From contig JAQVIY010000003.1 in assembly GCA_028695415.1 (NCBI GenBank), positions 47,132 to 111,131 of the forward strand: a stretch of DNA of 64,000 bases, read 5' to 3'. A model generated the notes under the pieces. The model saw nothing but the letters and a program-made list of their open reading frames with translations, made no database searches and had not been told where the DNA came from. Source of the DNA: Minisyncoccota bacterium (lineage in GTDB: Bacteria; Patescibacteriota; Minisyncoccia; Phycocordibacterales; Phycocordibacteraceae). Positions 9,938 through 19,561 of this stretch are shown one piece after another; position 1 is the stretch's first letter; each line of letters starts with the position of its first letter. Position numbers and translations under genes: made by a program.

Positions 9938-12900
9938 ATGGTGATGATAATGCGCGTACGACTCGCTGCGTTCTTTATTTTTATCGCTCCATTTGTGTTT
10001 GGCGCGCCGGCGTATGCGGCAATGATTGATTCACAGCCAGACGACAGCGCACAAGCCACGAGACCTCCAATCGTATATGTTTCTTATGGAGGACCATTCG
10101 TACCGGAGTATAATTATCACGCAGTGGGGTATATCCCGCACACTAATTTTAATCTCGCGGGGGTGCGCTTTCGCGTGAATGCGAGCGGTGGAGGAGATCA
10201 TCTGTGTCCTGTTGGTGATGTCTATAGGTATTCCGGGACTTCGACCCCAATATCTTGGAATTACGGCCCATCTTGGGGGTTCCTCATTGGCAGTATTGTC
10301 ATCGCCACCACCACTCCCGACATACACGGGAATTGCGACTATACGACTCGTGATAATTATGGGCGATCACTGCCGCTCCCTCTGTCCACCGGGAATTATT
10401 ACGTTTTCCTCATGTCTACGGGCGGGAATTTAGCAAACTGGGTCTCTATGAGCGGGAAGCCCCTCTCTTCTTCTACACCGCAAAATTTCTTTGGATATCG
10501 GCCCGCGACCTCCAATCCCTATGTATGGGGAACGCTCGGTCTCGAGGCTGCCTACTTTGAGTTTTTCGATACCGCTCCGCCCCTGACGTACTCCTCACCG
10601 ACTATCACGCTCTTAGGCTCTGCGACGACGACCGTCGAGTTCGGTTCGACATTCACCGACCCCGGGGCTACGGCACAGGACGCTACGGATGGAGATATCA
10701 CGAGCGCGATACAAACTACCGGTTCGGTAAACACAGGTATTATGGGTACCACCACGCTTACATACGCGGTTACCAATTCAGGGGGGCTCTCCGCGACGAC
10801 GACGCGAGCGGTCATCGTCGCCTGTACGCACGATTGCTACTCTAATGTGCTTTTCCTCCCCGGCATCGAGGGGAGCCGGCTCTATCGGCCAGATTATTCC
10901 GGCGGTACTGACAAGTTGTGGGAGCCAAACATAGACAGCGATGTAAAAGACTTGTATCTGAATCCGGATGGCACGAGTACGCGGCTTGATATCTATACGA
11001 AAGAAAGGGATGTTCTGGACGAGTTGCCGGACGGGGAGAACATCTACAAATCGTTCATCGGAGAAATGGATAGTTTGAAGACGAGTGGTGCGATCGCCGA
11101 CTGGGAACCTATTGCCTATGATTGGCGACTTTCGCTCGACGACATCCTCTCCTATGGTAATGAGGTGCAAGGCAGGATTTATTATTCGGGAGATCTCCGA
11201 GCTACATCGACACCCTACATCACGCAAGAACTCAGACATCTTGCCGCTACATCGAAGACGGGAAAGGTGAGTATCGTCGCGCATTCTAACGGGGGCCTTC
11301 TCGCGAAGCGTCTGACAGAAGTTCTCGGCCCCGCAGAGGCAGCGAGACTTATCGATAAGATTATTTTCGTCGCCGTACCGCAGGCAGGGACTCCTGCCGC
11401 GATCGCGGCAGGCCTCCATGGCTATGACCAGGAGAATGTGTTCGGGCTTATTACCTCGAAGTCAACCGCGCGTACCCTAGCGAATGCCGCGCCGATGGAA
11501 TATCAGCTCTTACCCTCGGCGAGCTACTTCACCTATGTTGATGATCCGGTAGTCACATTCGACGAGTCTCTCACGGATTGGATAGCGCAGTACGGCAGCA
11601 CTGTCCATTCACAGGATCGTTTGCATCAATTCCTTACCGACACCCTTGGAAGAGTAGATCCCGAGACAGGCGATATACAGCAGCCGATACAATTTAGCGA
11701 CACACTCCTCTCTAATGCCGAAGCGCTTCACACCAGTCTCGACGCCTGGGCACCCCCGACCGGCGTGCCGCTTATACAAATTGCCGGATGGGGAGTGCCG
11801 AAAACGGTTGAGGGGATAACGTATAAGAAAAAAGACGCAGGTGTGACGCCGGAAATGAACTTCACCACTGATGGTGACGGCACCGTCGTCACCCCAAGCG
11901 CATTATGGACAAGCACTACTGGCGCGTCGAATTATTGGGTAGACTTGAAACGATACAGTAATGATCATTGGCTAACAACTCTTGGTGGCCTCCATTCGTT
12001 CGATCATGGGAAAATACTAGAAACCGATCCTGTCTTGGATTTTCTTTCCGACCAAATCACTCATACCGCCAAGTCAATTTCTGATTACGGCTATCTCTCT
12101 ACTGAGGCCCCAGCAGACTCGAATAAGCGTCTTCGCTTCGCGCTCCACTCGCCGCTCACTCTGAATCTCTATGATTCAGAGGGTCGCCATACCGGCATCT
12201 CGACCAGCACAGGGCAGGTCGAGACCCAAATTCCCGGCACCTACTACACAGAGTTTGGCGATGTGAAATACTTGTTCTCAGACGCATCTTCAGGCGCGAG
12301 CGTCATCATGAACGGCTATGATACAGGGATGTTCACGCTTGATGTCGATGAATATAGCGGTGACACCCTCACGACGAGTACGACATTTAAAGATGTCCCG
12401 ACTACAGCAAACACGGTTGCATCTCTTAGCGTACAATCTGACAGTTCAACTCTCTCGTCGATGGTGGTAGATGAGAATGGCGACGGGAGGAATGTCTCCA
12501 CGATCGTCCCGAAAATAGGGGAGACCGTTACCTATACTGCGCCGCGTCGCGGCCACACGACGCTTGTTAGAGCGGCTAACACAGATGTCGCTTCAGAAGA
12601 AGCTCCAGTCGCCGCCGTAGCGCAGGTGGCTCCTCTTGTGCCAAGTCCCAGTACAGAATCCGCAGTGGAAAATAGAGAAGTGGCGACTACCACTCTCGTG
12701 TTCGCACCGCCTCCCCGGGAGGTAACGGCTCCTGCAGTAATCGCAGAGACTAAGAAAAAGTCTGTTGCCGCGCCTCGAACGGCGACAGCTCCCAAGCAGG
12801 AGGTACATCTTGGCGTGTCGCAAACCGCGTCGGTGTATGAAGCTTCTCAACAGTCGGTACTGAAAAAGTTGAGCGAAGCGATCTATAATAAGCTTTATGG

Positions 12901-12940
12901 CTTCTGGTTCACTCTTAAATCAATCATTGGTCTTTTATGA
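9938..12940 (+). CDS. Large secreted protein: Ig-like (DUF5011) domain plus LCAT/PGAP1-like alpha/beta hydrolase
   Basis: Signal peptide; PTITLLG..FTDPGATAQDATDGDIT Ig-like repeat; LFLPGIEGSRL, YDWRLS, IVAHSNGGL nucleophile elbow, GDGTV, DHGKI. Confidence 0.8.
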   Translation: MVMIMRVRLAAFFIFIAPFVFGAPAYAAMIDSQPDDSAQATRPPIVYVSYGGPFVPEYNYHAVGYIPHTNFNLAGVRFRVNASGGGDHLCPVGDVYRYSGTSTPISWNYGPSWGFLIGSIVIATTTPDIHGNCDYTTRDNYGRSLPLPLSTGNYYVFLMSTGGNLANWVSMSGKPLSSSTPQNFFGYRPATSNPYVWGTLGLEAAYFEFFDTAPPLTYSSPTITLLGSATTTVEFGSTFTDPGATAQDATDGDITSAIQTTGSVNTGIMGTTTLTYAVTNSGGLSATTTRAVIVACTHDCYSNVLFLPGIEGSRLYRPDYSGGTDKLWEPNIDSDVKDLYLNPDGTSTRLDIYTKERDVLDELPDGENIYKSFIGEMDSLKTSGAIADWEPIAYDWRLSLDDILSYGNEVQGRIYYSGDLRATSTPYITQELRHLAATSKTGKVSIVAHSNGGLLAKRLTEVLGPAEAARLIDKIIFVAVPQAGTPAAIAAGLHGYDQENVFGLITSKSTARTLANAAPMEYQLLPSASYFTYVDDPVVTFDESLTDWIAQYGSTVHSQDRLHQFLTDTLGRVDPETGDIQQPIQFSDTLLSNAEALHTSLDAWAPPTGVPLIQIAGWGVPKTVEGITYKKKDAGVTPEMNFTTDGDGTVVTPSALWTSTTGASNYWVDLKRYSNDHWLTTLGGLHSFDHGKILETDPVLDFLSDQITHTAKSISDYGYLSTEAPADSNKRLRFALHSPLTLNLYDSEGRHTGISTSTGQVETQIPGTYYTEFGDVKYLFSDASSGASVIMNGYDTGMFTLDVDEYSGDTLTTSTTFKDVPTTANTVASLSVQSDSSTLSSMVVDENGDGRNVSTIVPKIGETVTYTAPRRGHTTLVRAANTDVASEEAPVAAVAQVAPLVPSPSTESAVENREVATTTLVFAPPPREVTAPAVIAETKKKSVAAPRTATAPKQEVHLGVSQTASVYEASQQSVLKKLSEAIYNKLYGFWFTLKSIIGLL

Positions 12941-13371
12941 TTACTAGAAAAACATTACTAATCGTTTCGGGTTTATTAAGTATTTTGCTTCTAGTCTGGG
13001 ATTATATTGGTAATTACCACATATGTGATTTTTTCATAAACGGAGGAGCAATTAGTAATTGTCCTTTTGTACTTACTGATATTGGGATAAATCTCTTTCC
13101 CATAATCCCCCTATTTCTTCTCTCTCTTATCACCTACGGCATGCGTGAGGACGTGTATCGAACCTGGGCTCGCTTCGCGATAGGGTGGATACCGGTCTCA
13201 ATGGTTCTTATATTCCTCTCTCCCGAATACGCGACTAGCTTCGGCATCGCTCTGTATCCCATTACTAAAGGCACGGTCGCATTTGCCTCCTCGCTCTTCT
13301 TCGTCATAATTTCCCTCATCCTCATCTTTTGGAGATATTCCATCTCTCGTCGCAAGATTCGCCAAGGGTAG
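12937..13371 (+). CDS. Hypothetical four-TM membrane protein
   Basis: ATGA overlap with the lipase-like gene, hydrophobic, low GC. Confidence 0.7.
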   Translation: MITRKTLLIVSGLLSILLLVWDYIGNYHICDFFINGGAISNCPFVLTDIGINLFPIIPLFLLSLITYGMREDVYRTWARFAIGWIPVSMVLIFLSPEYATSFGIALYPITKGTVAFASSLFFVIISLILIFWRYSISRRKIRQG

Positions 13372-13447
13372 TCCTTGGCAGAAAGGTGTGAAATGAAGGG
13401 CTGCGATTCATGAAGCGAATCGCAGCCCGTTTGCATATCGTCAGTAT

Positions 13448-13861
13448 TCACACCTTCGCCCCTCTGCTGAAGCAGGGCAGCCCCTCCTTATAGTCCTCCA
13501 GATTCATCTTGAGAAATACACGGTCTCCCCACATATCTCTCGATATGAAAACCGTGGGAACTTCCACCTTATCGTCTATTGAGACGTCGATAAGCTCGAC
13601 CCGGGTGAAGATGAAAAGGGGTGCGGTAGGCAGGCCAGTCGGCGGCCCCTTCGCGTAACTGAACGCGACAATTTTCTCTCTCGCGGTTTCCATCTTGGCG
13701 AAGTATTCGCCACACATCTCCCATTCCTGCTTCCGAAGCGTCTTCCACAGGTCGGCGGCGATGGCGATGATCGGGTGTTCGAAGTCTTCGGTACTTCCTG
13801 CAATGCCCGATGTGATACAGAAGAGCAACACACCGATACCGGCTATCTTCCAGAACTTCAT
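13448..13861 (-). CDS. Hypothetical secreted protein
   Basis: Signal-peptide-like N-terminus, AAGGA SD, upstream TTGACA-N16-TACAGT on the minus strand. Confidence 0.6.
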   Translation of the reverse strand: MKFWKIAGIGVLLFCITSGIAGSTEDFEHPIIAIAADLWKTLRKQEWEMCGEYFAKMETAREKIVAFSYAKGPPTGLPTAPLFIFTRVELIDVSIDDKVEVPTVFISRDMWGDRVFLKMNLEDYKEGLPCFSRGAKV

Positions 13862-13991
13862 AATCCTTCTCCCTAAGATTGGTTTATCAAGGATATCCTC
13901 GCGTACTGTATTCCTCGCTAGTTCTTTGTCAAACGACCTATGTATCGGTGCCTAATCAGTATCGACGAGCCTTCCGTGGTACACTTAAATC

Positions 13992-14879
13992 ATGAATCGG
14001 GTCATTTTTGGGGATAATTTGGAGGTTTTAAAGACGATCCCGACAGGGTCAGTAAGCCTTATCTACATTGATCCGCCTTTCAATACCGGTAAAGTGCAAT
14101 CGAGAAAACAGCTCAAGACCGCAAAGGATATCAATGGCGACAGAATTGGTTTCAAGGGTCAGACCTACCGAACCACCGTGCTTGGAGAGAAATCATATGT
14201 CGATAGCTTTAATGATTATCTTGGCTTCCTTGAACCGCGTTTGCGGGAGGCGCATCGAATACTTACCAATGACGGTAGTATCTATTTTCATATTGATTAT
14301 CGGGAAGTGCATTACTGCAAGGTCTTGCTCGATACTATCTTTGGGCGAGAGAATTTCTTGAATGAAATAATTTGGGCATACGACTATGGGGCACGAAGCA
14401 AAAATAAATGGCCGGCGAAACACGACACCATTCTCTGGTACGCGAAAGATTATAGGAATTACATCTTCAACTACGAAGATATGGATCGCATTCCATACAT
14501 GGCGCCTGGACTCGTTGGACCAGAGAAGGCCGCTCGCGGAAAGACGCCGACAGATACTTGGTGGCACACGATAGTGAGTCCAAATGGTAAAGAAAAGACC
14601 GGTTATCCGACGCAGAAACCGCTTGGCATCATCCGGCGCATCATCCGAGCATCTTCTCGAGAGGGAGATTTAATTATGGATTTTTTCGCCGGAAGCGGAA
14701 CAGCAGGCGAAGCAGCTCTCGAACTGGAGAGGAAATTTATTCTTGTCGATAATAATCCGCAAGCACTGGAGGTCATGAAGAGGCGCTTTGCGGGAAATTC
14801 AAGAGTTAAATTTGTAATATCGACAAATATTGGGAATGAATTAAAGAAAATAGCCGTGAAGACTCCAGTTCTTTTCTGA
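13992..14879 (+). CDS. Site-specific DNA methyltransferase (N4-C/N6-A, beta class)
   Basis: IYIDPPF motif IV precedes DFFAGSGT motif I; YPTQKP. Confidence 0.93.
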   Translation: MNRVIFGDNLEVLKTIPTGSVSLIYIDPPFNTGKVQSRKQLKTAKDINGDRIGFKGQTYRTTVLGEKSYVDSFNDYLGFLEPRLREAHRILTNDGSIYFHIDYREVHYCKVLLDTIFGRENFLNEIIWAYDYGARSKNKWPAKHDTILWYAKDYRNYIFNYEDMDRIPYMAPGLVGPEKAARGKTPTDTWWHTIVSPNGKEKTGYPTQKPLGIIRRIIRASSREGDLIMDFFAGSGTAGEAALELERKFILVDNNPQALEVMKRRFAGNSRVKFVISTNIGNELKKIAVKTPVLF

Positions 14880-14885
14880 CATTTG

Positions 14886-15413
14886 TTATAAATGCCGCCT
14901 CTTTGGCGCGAGGGTTTTCTTATGAAGTTTCTCCACGCGCACTTTCGTTTCTTGATTTATTTTTTGCAGTTGTGATAAAAGATTACGCATTTCCTGTGCG
15001 ATATCAGCATTTCGATCGCCCTCCTTAATTGCGGCTTGCACCCTAGCATTAAGTTCGGAATCACTGCATTCGAATTCTTTGGGAATAGAATTTCTAGACA
15101 AATTAGCACTTTCGAATGGGATTTCAGTATGCTGACCCCTGCTTTTCTTAGTGACGAGCCGAACTATCTCGTGGGGCGGCAAAACTATCCAAGTTTGGCC
15201 ATTATATATAACGAGGGGTATGAATTTGATCGCACGAATTTGGTTTATGGTATTAGAATGGCATTCCTTAATTTCCACATATCGCAATTCTCCTTTCACG
15301 GGGACTCTCGCGTCGCCAAGTTTCGCGTTATCCGATTTCTTTGATCCTTTGACGAATAAACGAAAACGCTCTTCGGCGTTGTCTCCCTCGTGTCTTATCG
15401 CCTGCCGTGCCAT
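14886..15413 (-). CDS. Putative PD-(D/E)XK restriction endonuclease
   Basis: AEE...GDA...VEIK motif arrangement, low GC, convergent with the MTase. Confidence 0.55.
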   Translation of the reverse strand: MARQAIRHEGDNAEERFRLFVKGSKKSDNAKLGDARVPVKGELRYVEIKECHSNTINQIRAIKFIPLVIYNGQTWIVLPPHEIVRLVTKKSRGQHTEIPFESANLSRNSIPKEFECSDSELNARVQAAIKEGDRNADIAQEMRNLLSQLQKINQETKVRVEKLHKKTLAPKRRHL

Positions 15414-15471
15414 ATAGTCTGGAGCTTAGTCTCTTTCGGGTGTATTGCAAGGCCGGGTGTATACTATCCCT

Positions 15472-15774
15472 ATGAAAGGATTTATTGGGTTTATACGGGA
15501 ACAGGGAGTGGTTGGTCTCGCCGTCGGCTTCATCCTCGGTGGGGCGGTATCGAAGCTCGTTTCCGCGCTTGTCACTGACCTCATCAATCCGCTCCTCGGC
15601 GTTGCGCTCGGCGCGGTCGGCGGTCTAAAAGGCGCATCACTTACGGTCGGCACGGTAGTGTTCCTCTACGGCGACCTCATCAGCACTCTGATGGATTTTG
15701 TCGTCATCGCGCTTGTCGTGTACTTCGGCGTGAAGTTGTTTCGTCTCGACAAGCTTGAGAAGACAAAGGGATAA
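15472..15774 (+). CDS. mscL: Large-conductance mechanosensitive channel
   Basis: MKGFIGFIREQGVVGLAVGFILGGAVSKLVSALVTDLINP. Confidence 0.9.
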   Translation: MKGFIGFIREQGVVGLAVGFILGGAVSKLVSALVTDLINPLLGVALGAVGGLKGASLTVGTVVFLYGDLISTLMDFVVIALVVYFGVKLFRLDKLEKTKG

Positions 15775-15848
15775 AAGACGATTCGCCCACTAGACTACTG
15801 GCTGTGCCGTGGCTCGCGTGCTTCGCGATTCTGCTGTACTGTTCCACT

Positions 15849-16442
15849 GTGGCAGGTATCACTAGCATCAATTCGGCAGTTTTCAAGAAAGGGATTATCG
15901 GGACTGACCCGATACTCACTGATGGTGTGCCTCAAATCGTCTTTGTCGGGCGTTCGAATGTGGGGAAGTCGAGCGTTGTGAACTCACTCACCAATCGTAA
16001 AGACTTGGTCAAAGTCAGTAATAAGCCGGGGAAGACGACCGAGCTGAACTTCTTCTCCATCAATAACGGCAAAGCATACTTCGTCGACTTGCCGGGCTAC
16101 GGCTACGCCGAAGCGTCGCCGAAACAGAAAGAGAAGCTAGAAAAGCTCATCCTCTGGTATTTGATGTATTCGGGTGCACGCCCGCGCATGGTTGTGCTCA
16201 TCCTCGACATGAAGGCGGGACTTACGGCGTTTGATGAAGAGATGATACGCGTTTTGCGTGAACACGAACACCCGTATCTCGTCGTTGCGAACAAGGCGGA
16301 TAAGCTCAATCAGAAAGAATCATCGGCACAACTGCGCGCGATACAGGCGGCGGCACACGAAGCTACGGTCGCCACGTACTCGGCGACTACCGCGACGCCC
16401 AAGGAGCGCGCCACACTCCTGCAGAAGATTCTCGAAGACTGA
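15849..16442 (+). CDS. engB: Ribosome biogenesis GTPase EngB/YihA/YsxC
   Basis: GRSNVGKSS, KPGKT, DLPGYGYA, NKADK; exact start uncertain. Confidence 0.93.
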   Translation: MAGITSINSAVFKKGIIGTDPILTDGVPQIVFVGRSNVGKSSVVNSLTNRKDLVKVSNKPGKTTELNFFSINNGKAYFVDLPGYGYAEASPKQKEKLEKLILWYLMYSGARPRMVVLILDMKAGLTAFDEEMIRVLREHEHPYLVVANKADKLNQKESSAQLRAIQAAAHEATVATYSATTATPKERATLLQKILED

Positions 16443-16443
16443 T

Positions 16444-17184
16444 ATGTACCTCACCGACGACGCGGCGAAGCAGAAAGTGCTTCAGGAGAAATACGGCGGA
16501 ATAGAGAACGAAGCGTATCGCGCCGATTGCGCGCGCATCGACGCGCATGAGCCGTGGGAGTACATCCTCGGCTACGCCGACTTTCTCGGATGCAAAATCG
16601 ATCTCTCCTCCAAGCCGATGGTCCCGCGCGACGAGACCGCGCATTGGGTCGCGCGCGTGATAGAGGAATGGAGAGATAAAGGCTCTGTGACGGCGCTCGA
16701 TCTTTATGCAGGGTCGGGTAATATCGGCATCGCCCTCCTCAAGCACCTGCCGGAGATGTCGGTCACCTTCAACGAGCTCGACGCGAATCTTTTGCCGCAG
16801 ATTGCGAAGTCACTCGAGATAAACGACATTGATCCGTTGCGCGCGACGCTTATCGCGGGCGATAGTCTCGAAAAAGTGAGAGAGAAATTCGACGTTATTT
16901 GCGCGAACCCGCCCTACGTCGACCCGAGAGGCGAGGCGGACATGGACCCGGAGATGCGATATGAGCCGCACATCGCCTTCTTCGGCTCTTCTGACGGCTA
17001 TGGTCACCACAAAGAGCTTATCGCGCGCGGGCGCGAGTTCCTCACGCCGCACGGCGTGCTTTACGGCGAGTTCGACATGACGCAGGCCGACGAGATCAAA
17101 CGTCTCCTCGCCGCGAGCGACTGGGACTACGAGATACGCAACGACCCCTACGGCCACCCCGGCCTCATGGTCTTGCGGGCGTAG
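16444..17184 (+). CDS. prmC: HemK/PrmC-family methyltransferase
   Basis: EPWEYILG, VPRDET, DLYAGSGNIG, ANPPYV, YEPHIA. Confidence 0.85.
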   Translation: MYLTDDAAKQKVLQEKYGGIENEAYRADCARIDAHEPWEYILGYADFLGCKIDLSSKPMVPRDETAHWVARVIEEWRDKGSVTALDLYAGSGNIGIALLKHLPEMSVTFNELDANLLPQIAKSLEINDIDPLRATLIAGDSLEKVREKFDVICANPPYVDPRGEADMDPEMRYEPHIAFFGSSDGYGHHKELIARGREFLTPHGVLYGEFDMTQADEIKRLLAASDWDYEIRNDPYGHPGLMVLRA

Positions 17185-17335
17185 GGTATCCAAGATTTGT
17201 ACCTATAGAGACAAGTTGTGGATAGTTCCTATACGGCTGATGGATACAGTCCCGAGTGCAGTGAATTGCTTCTACGTTCTAGGTGTGGCAGTATCACTGC
17301 AGAGCAATCCTGCCTGCAACCAAATGGAGGTTTCC

Positions 17336-17893
17336 ATGCAATTGATCCTTCCCAAGACGGTGCCGTCCTTCTCTTTCGTCAACGAGGCCTTGCCGCTCTT
17401 CTTTCTCGCGGGTCCTATCGGCGGGGGAGATGACTGGCACTTCAGGATGACCGAACTCCTTATGTCGCATTCTGCAGATTGCGTGATCGTGAACCCGACA
17501 CGCTACAAGCCGAACCATCCGCATTATCAGTATCGGGTGAGCGGTGATGATGACGTCTATACTCGGCAAACCGATTGGGAGCGCCGGTATATGTGTGACG
17601 CTGCCAAGGCGTCACTTCACGGCTGTCTCATCTTCTGGTTGCCGAAGGAGAGCGTAACGAATCCTCGCAGCGACGGGGAACCGTATGCGAGGGATACGCG
17701 CGGTGAGATCGCCGAATGGCGCACCCACCTCATGTATGACCGAAGCTTGCGTGTCGTGGTCGGGGCCGAAGAGGAGTTCCCTGGCTTGAGCGTTATCAGG
17801 AGGAATTTCGAGTTGACTATGTGCCCGGCGTTCCCTATCTATCGAACGATGGAAGAGGTGGCGGGCGCGGCAGTGAAGTTCGCCATGCGGTAA
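17336..17893 (+). CDS. Nucleoside 2-deoxyribosyltransferase-like domain protein
   Basis: FFLAGPIGGGDDW, NPTR, WER, IFW, TRGEIAEW pattern; GGAGG SD. Confidence 0.6.
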   Translation: MQLILPKTVPSFSFVNEALPLFFLAGPIGGGDDWHFRMTELLMSHSADCVIVNPTRYKPNHPHYQYRVSGDDDVYTRQTDWERRYMCDAAKASLHGCLIFWLPKESVTNPRSDGEPYARDTRGEIAEWRTHLMYDRSLRVVVGAEEEFPGLSVIRRNFELTMCPAFPIYRTMEEVAGAAVKFAMR

Positions 17894-18012
17894 GTTCGAC
17901 GTGAAGATCATTCGAGGCCCAACACGGGAACGTGTTGGGCCTCTACTTTATCCCCTGACTCTTGAGAAAGGTGGCGAATTTTTCGCCCCTTCGCATGCGG
18001 CAGAATGATTCG

Positions 18013-18534
18013 ATGCAAAAGAAGGGCAATAACTACGCTTTCATCGACAGTCAGAACGTGAACCTGGCCATTCGCGCACAGGGATGGAAGCTCGACTGGG
18101 AGCGCTTTCGCATATATCTCCGGGAGAAATACGGCGTGACAAAAGCATTCCTCTTCATCGGGTATGTCGAGGGTAATAATGAGTTGTATATCGCGCTGCA
18201 ATCGGCCGGCTTCATCTGCATCTTCAAGCCGACGCTCGAATATAAGGACGGAACGACCAAGGGGAACTGCGACGCCGAACTCGTTCTTCACGCGATGATC
18301 GAATATCCGAACTACGAGAAGGCGATCATCGTGACGGGCGACGGCGATTTCTATTGTCTGGTGCAACATCTGCTTGAGAAGGCGAAACTTCTTGCCGTCC
18401 TTATCCCCAACAGACTCACTTTCTCGGCGCTGCTCAAGTTTAAGGAATTTCGTCCGTACCTGCGGCACATGAACGATCTAGAGAATCTACTTGCATATAA
18501 AAAGAGAAGACCCTACGAGGACAGAACCTCGTAG
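18013..18534 (+). CDS. NYN-domain (LabA/DUF88, PIN-fold) ribonuclease
   Basis: YAFIDSQNV, KGNCDAELV, VTGDGDF acidic motifs. Confidence 0.9.
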   Translation: MQKKGNNYAFIDSQNVNLAIRAQGWKLDWERFRIYLREKYGVTKAFLFIGYVEGNNELYIALQSAGFICIFKPTLEYKDGTTKGNCDAELVLHAMIEYPNYEKAIIVTGDGDFYCLVQHLLEKAKLLAVLIPNRLTFSALLKFKEFRPYLRHMNDLENLLAYKKRRPYEDRTS

Positions 18535-18556
18535 GGTTATTTTCTCCGTTGGTGAT
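18499..18556 (-). ncRNA. Candidate ~55-nt small RNA antisense to the NYN gene 3' end
   Basis: Minus-strand TTGACA-N16-TATACT promoter upstream; predicted transcript is a strong hairpin ending in a U-tract. Confidence 0.45.
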
Positions 18557-18562
18557 ATTGAT

Positions 18563-18590
18563 AGTATACGCCGACCAAGAAGCGTGTCAA
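18563..18590 (-). promoter_or_regulatory. Sigma70-type promoter facing the NYN gene 3' end
   Basis: TTGACA (18590-18585), 16-nt spacer, TATACT (18568-18563). Confidence 0.6.
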
Positions 18591-18593
18591 CAG

Positions 18594-19322
18594 CTATCTG
18601 ATTCCGAGCGAGGTGAGGAAGGTCGCGAGCTCGGCACCCTCGATGGGGCGCGTCGCATTCGGCGGCAGATCCTCGAGGCGGATGTTCATAATGCGCACGC
18701 GCTCGAGCTCGACGACCTGGTTATAAAGCGCCGCGACCATACGACGGATCTGGTGCTTCTTGCCCTCAGTGAGCGTGATGATAAAACTCTTTGACCCCGT
18801 CTTGCGCACTTTGCACGGCGCGGTTAGGTAGCCTTCGATATTGACCCCGCTCTCCATTGCCTTCTTGAAGCTGTCGCGCAAGGGTTCGAGCGTACGCACG
18901 CGGTACTCTTTATCATGATCATAATCAGGGTTGAGGAGCCGGTCGGTCACGCGACCGTCGTCGGTGAGGATGATGAGTCCGCTTGAGTCTTTATCGAGGC
19001 GACCGACAGGGAACACGCCCTTCATATGCACACTCTGCTTGATATCTTTCTCACCTCGCTGCGGCGAATGGGTGATGACACCGACCGGCTTATTATAGGC
19101 GAAGTAGCGATACTTTTTCGGGTTCGCTGTACCCGCGAGCTCGACGCGATCGCTCTCGCGCACCCGGTCGCCGAGCTCAGCGACAACGCCGTTTATGCGC
19201 ACCTTGCCGCGCGCGACAAGCTCGTCGGCGCCCCGGCGCGTCGCAAGTCCCTGGTGGGCGAGGTATTTGTTGATGCGCATCGGCCACTCGTTCGCGGGCT
19301 TGGTGACTGGAGTTTTTAGCAT
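18594..19322 (-). CDS. rRNA pseudouridine synthase (RsuA/RluB/RluF family)
   Basis: S4 domain RINKYLA..RRGADEL, GRLDKDSSGL, EGKKHQIRRM. Confidence 0.93.
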   Translation of the reverse strand: MLKTPVTKPANEWPMRINKYLAHQGLATRRGADELVARGKVRINGVVAELGDRVRESDRVELAGTANPKKYRYFAYNKPVGVITHSPQRGEKDIKQSVHMKGVFPVGRLDKDSSGLIILTDDGRVTDRLLNPDYDHDKEYRVRTLEPLRDSFKKAMESGVNIEGYLTAPCKVRKTGSKSFIITLTEGKKHQIRRMVAALYNQVVELERVRIMNIRLEDLPPNATRPIEGAELATFLTSLGIR

Positions 19323-19369
19323 ATGTGTTCACTATACATATTAAATGATATTCTGTCTATGAATAGGAA

Positions 19370-19398
19370 TTGACATTCCTATAAAGGTATGCTATCCT
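19370..19398 (+). promoter_or_regulatory. Sigma70 promoter of the DGR target gene
   Basis: TTGACA-N17-TATCCT with TG extension; the -35 lies within the palindrome ATAGGAAT-tgac-ATTCCTAT. Confidence 0.65.
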
Positions 19399-19561
19399 AG
19401 AGTGCAGGTGGCAGATCCTTATAACACAGTTTCAGTCCCAATGAGACGAGCTTTTTACGGCTTACACCAGCAAGTAATTGCCGGTCATTTTTACAATTAG
19501 GCCGTAAAACGCTCGTCTCATTCGAGACAAGTCGCTAGTCCCGACGGTTCGGGCAAGGAGA

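Noticed and set aside
17257-17308. Pseudoknot or riboswitch in the leader of the 17336 gene
   Set aside because: Two short complementary pairs with implausible loop geometry and no recognisable aptamer
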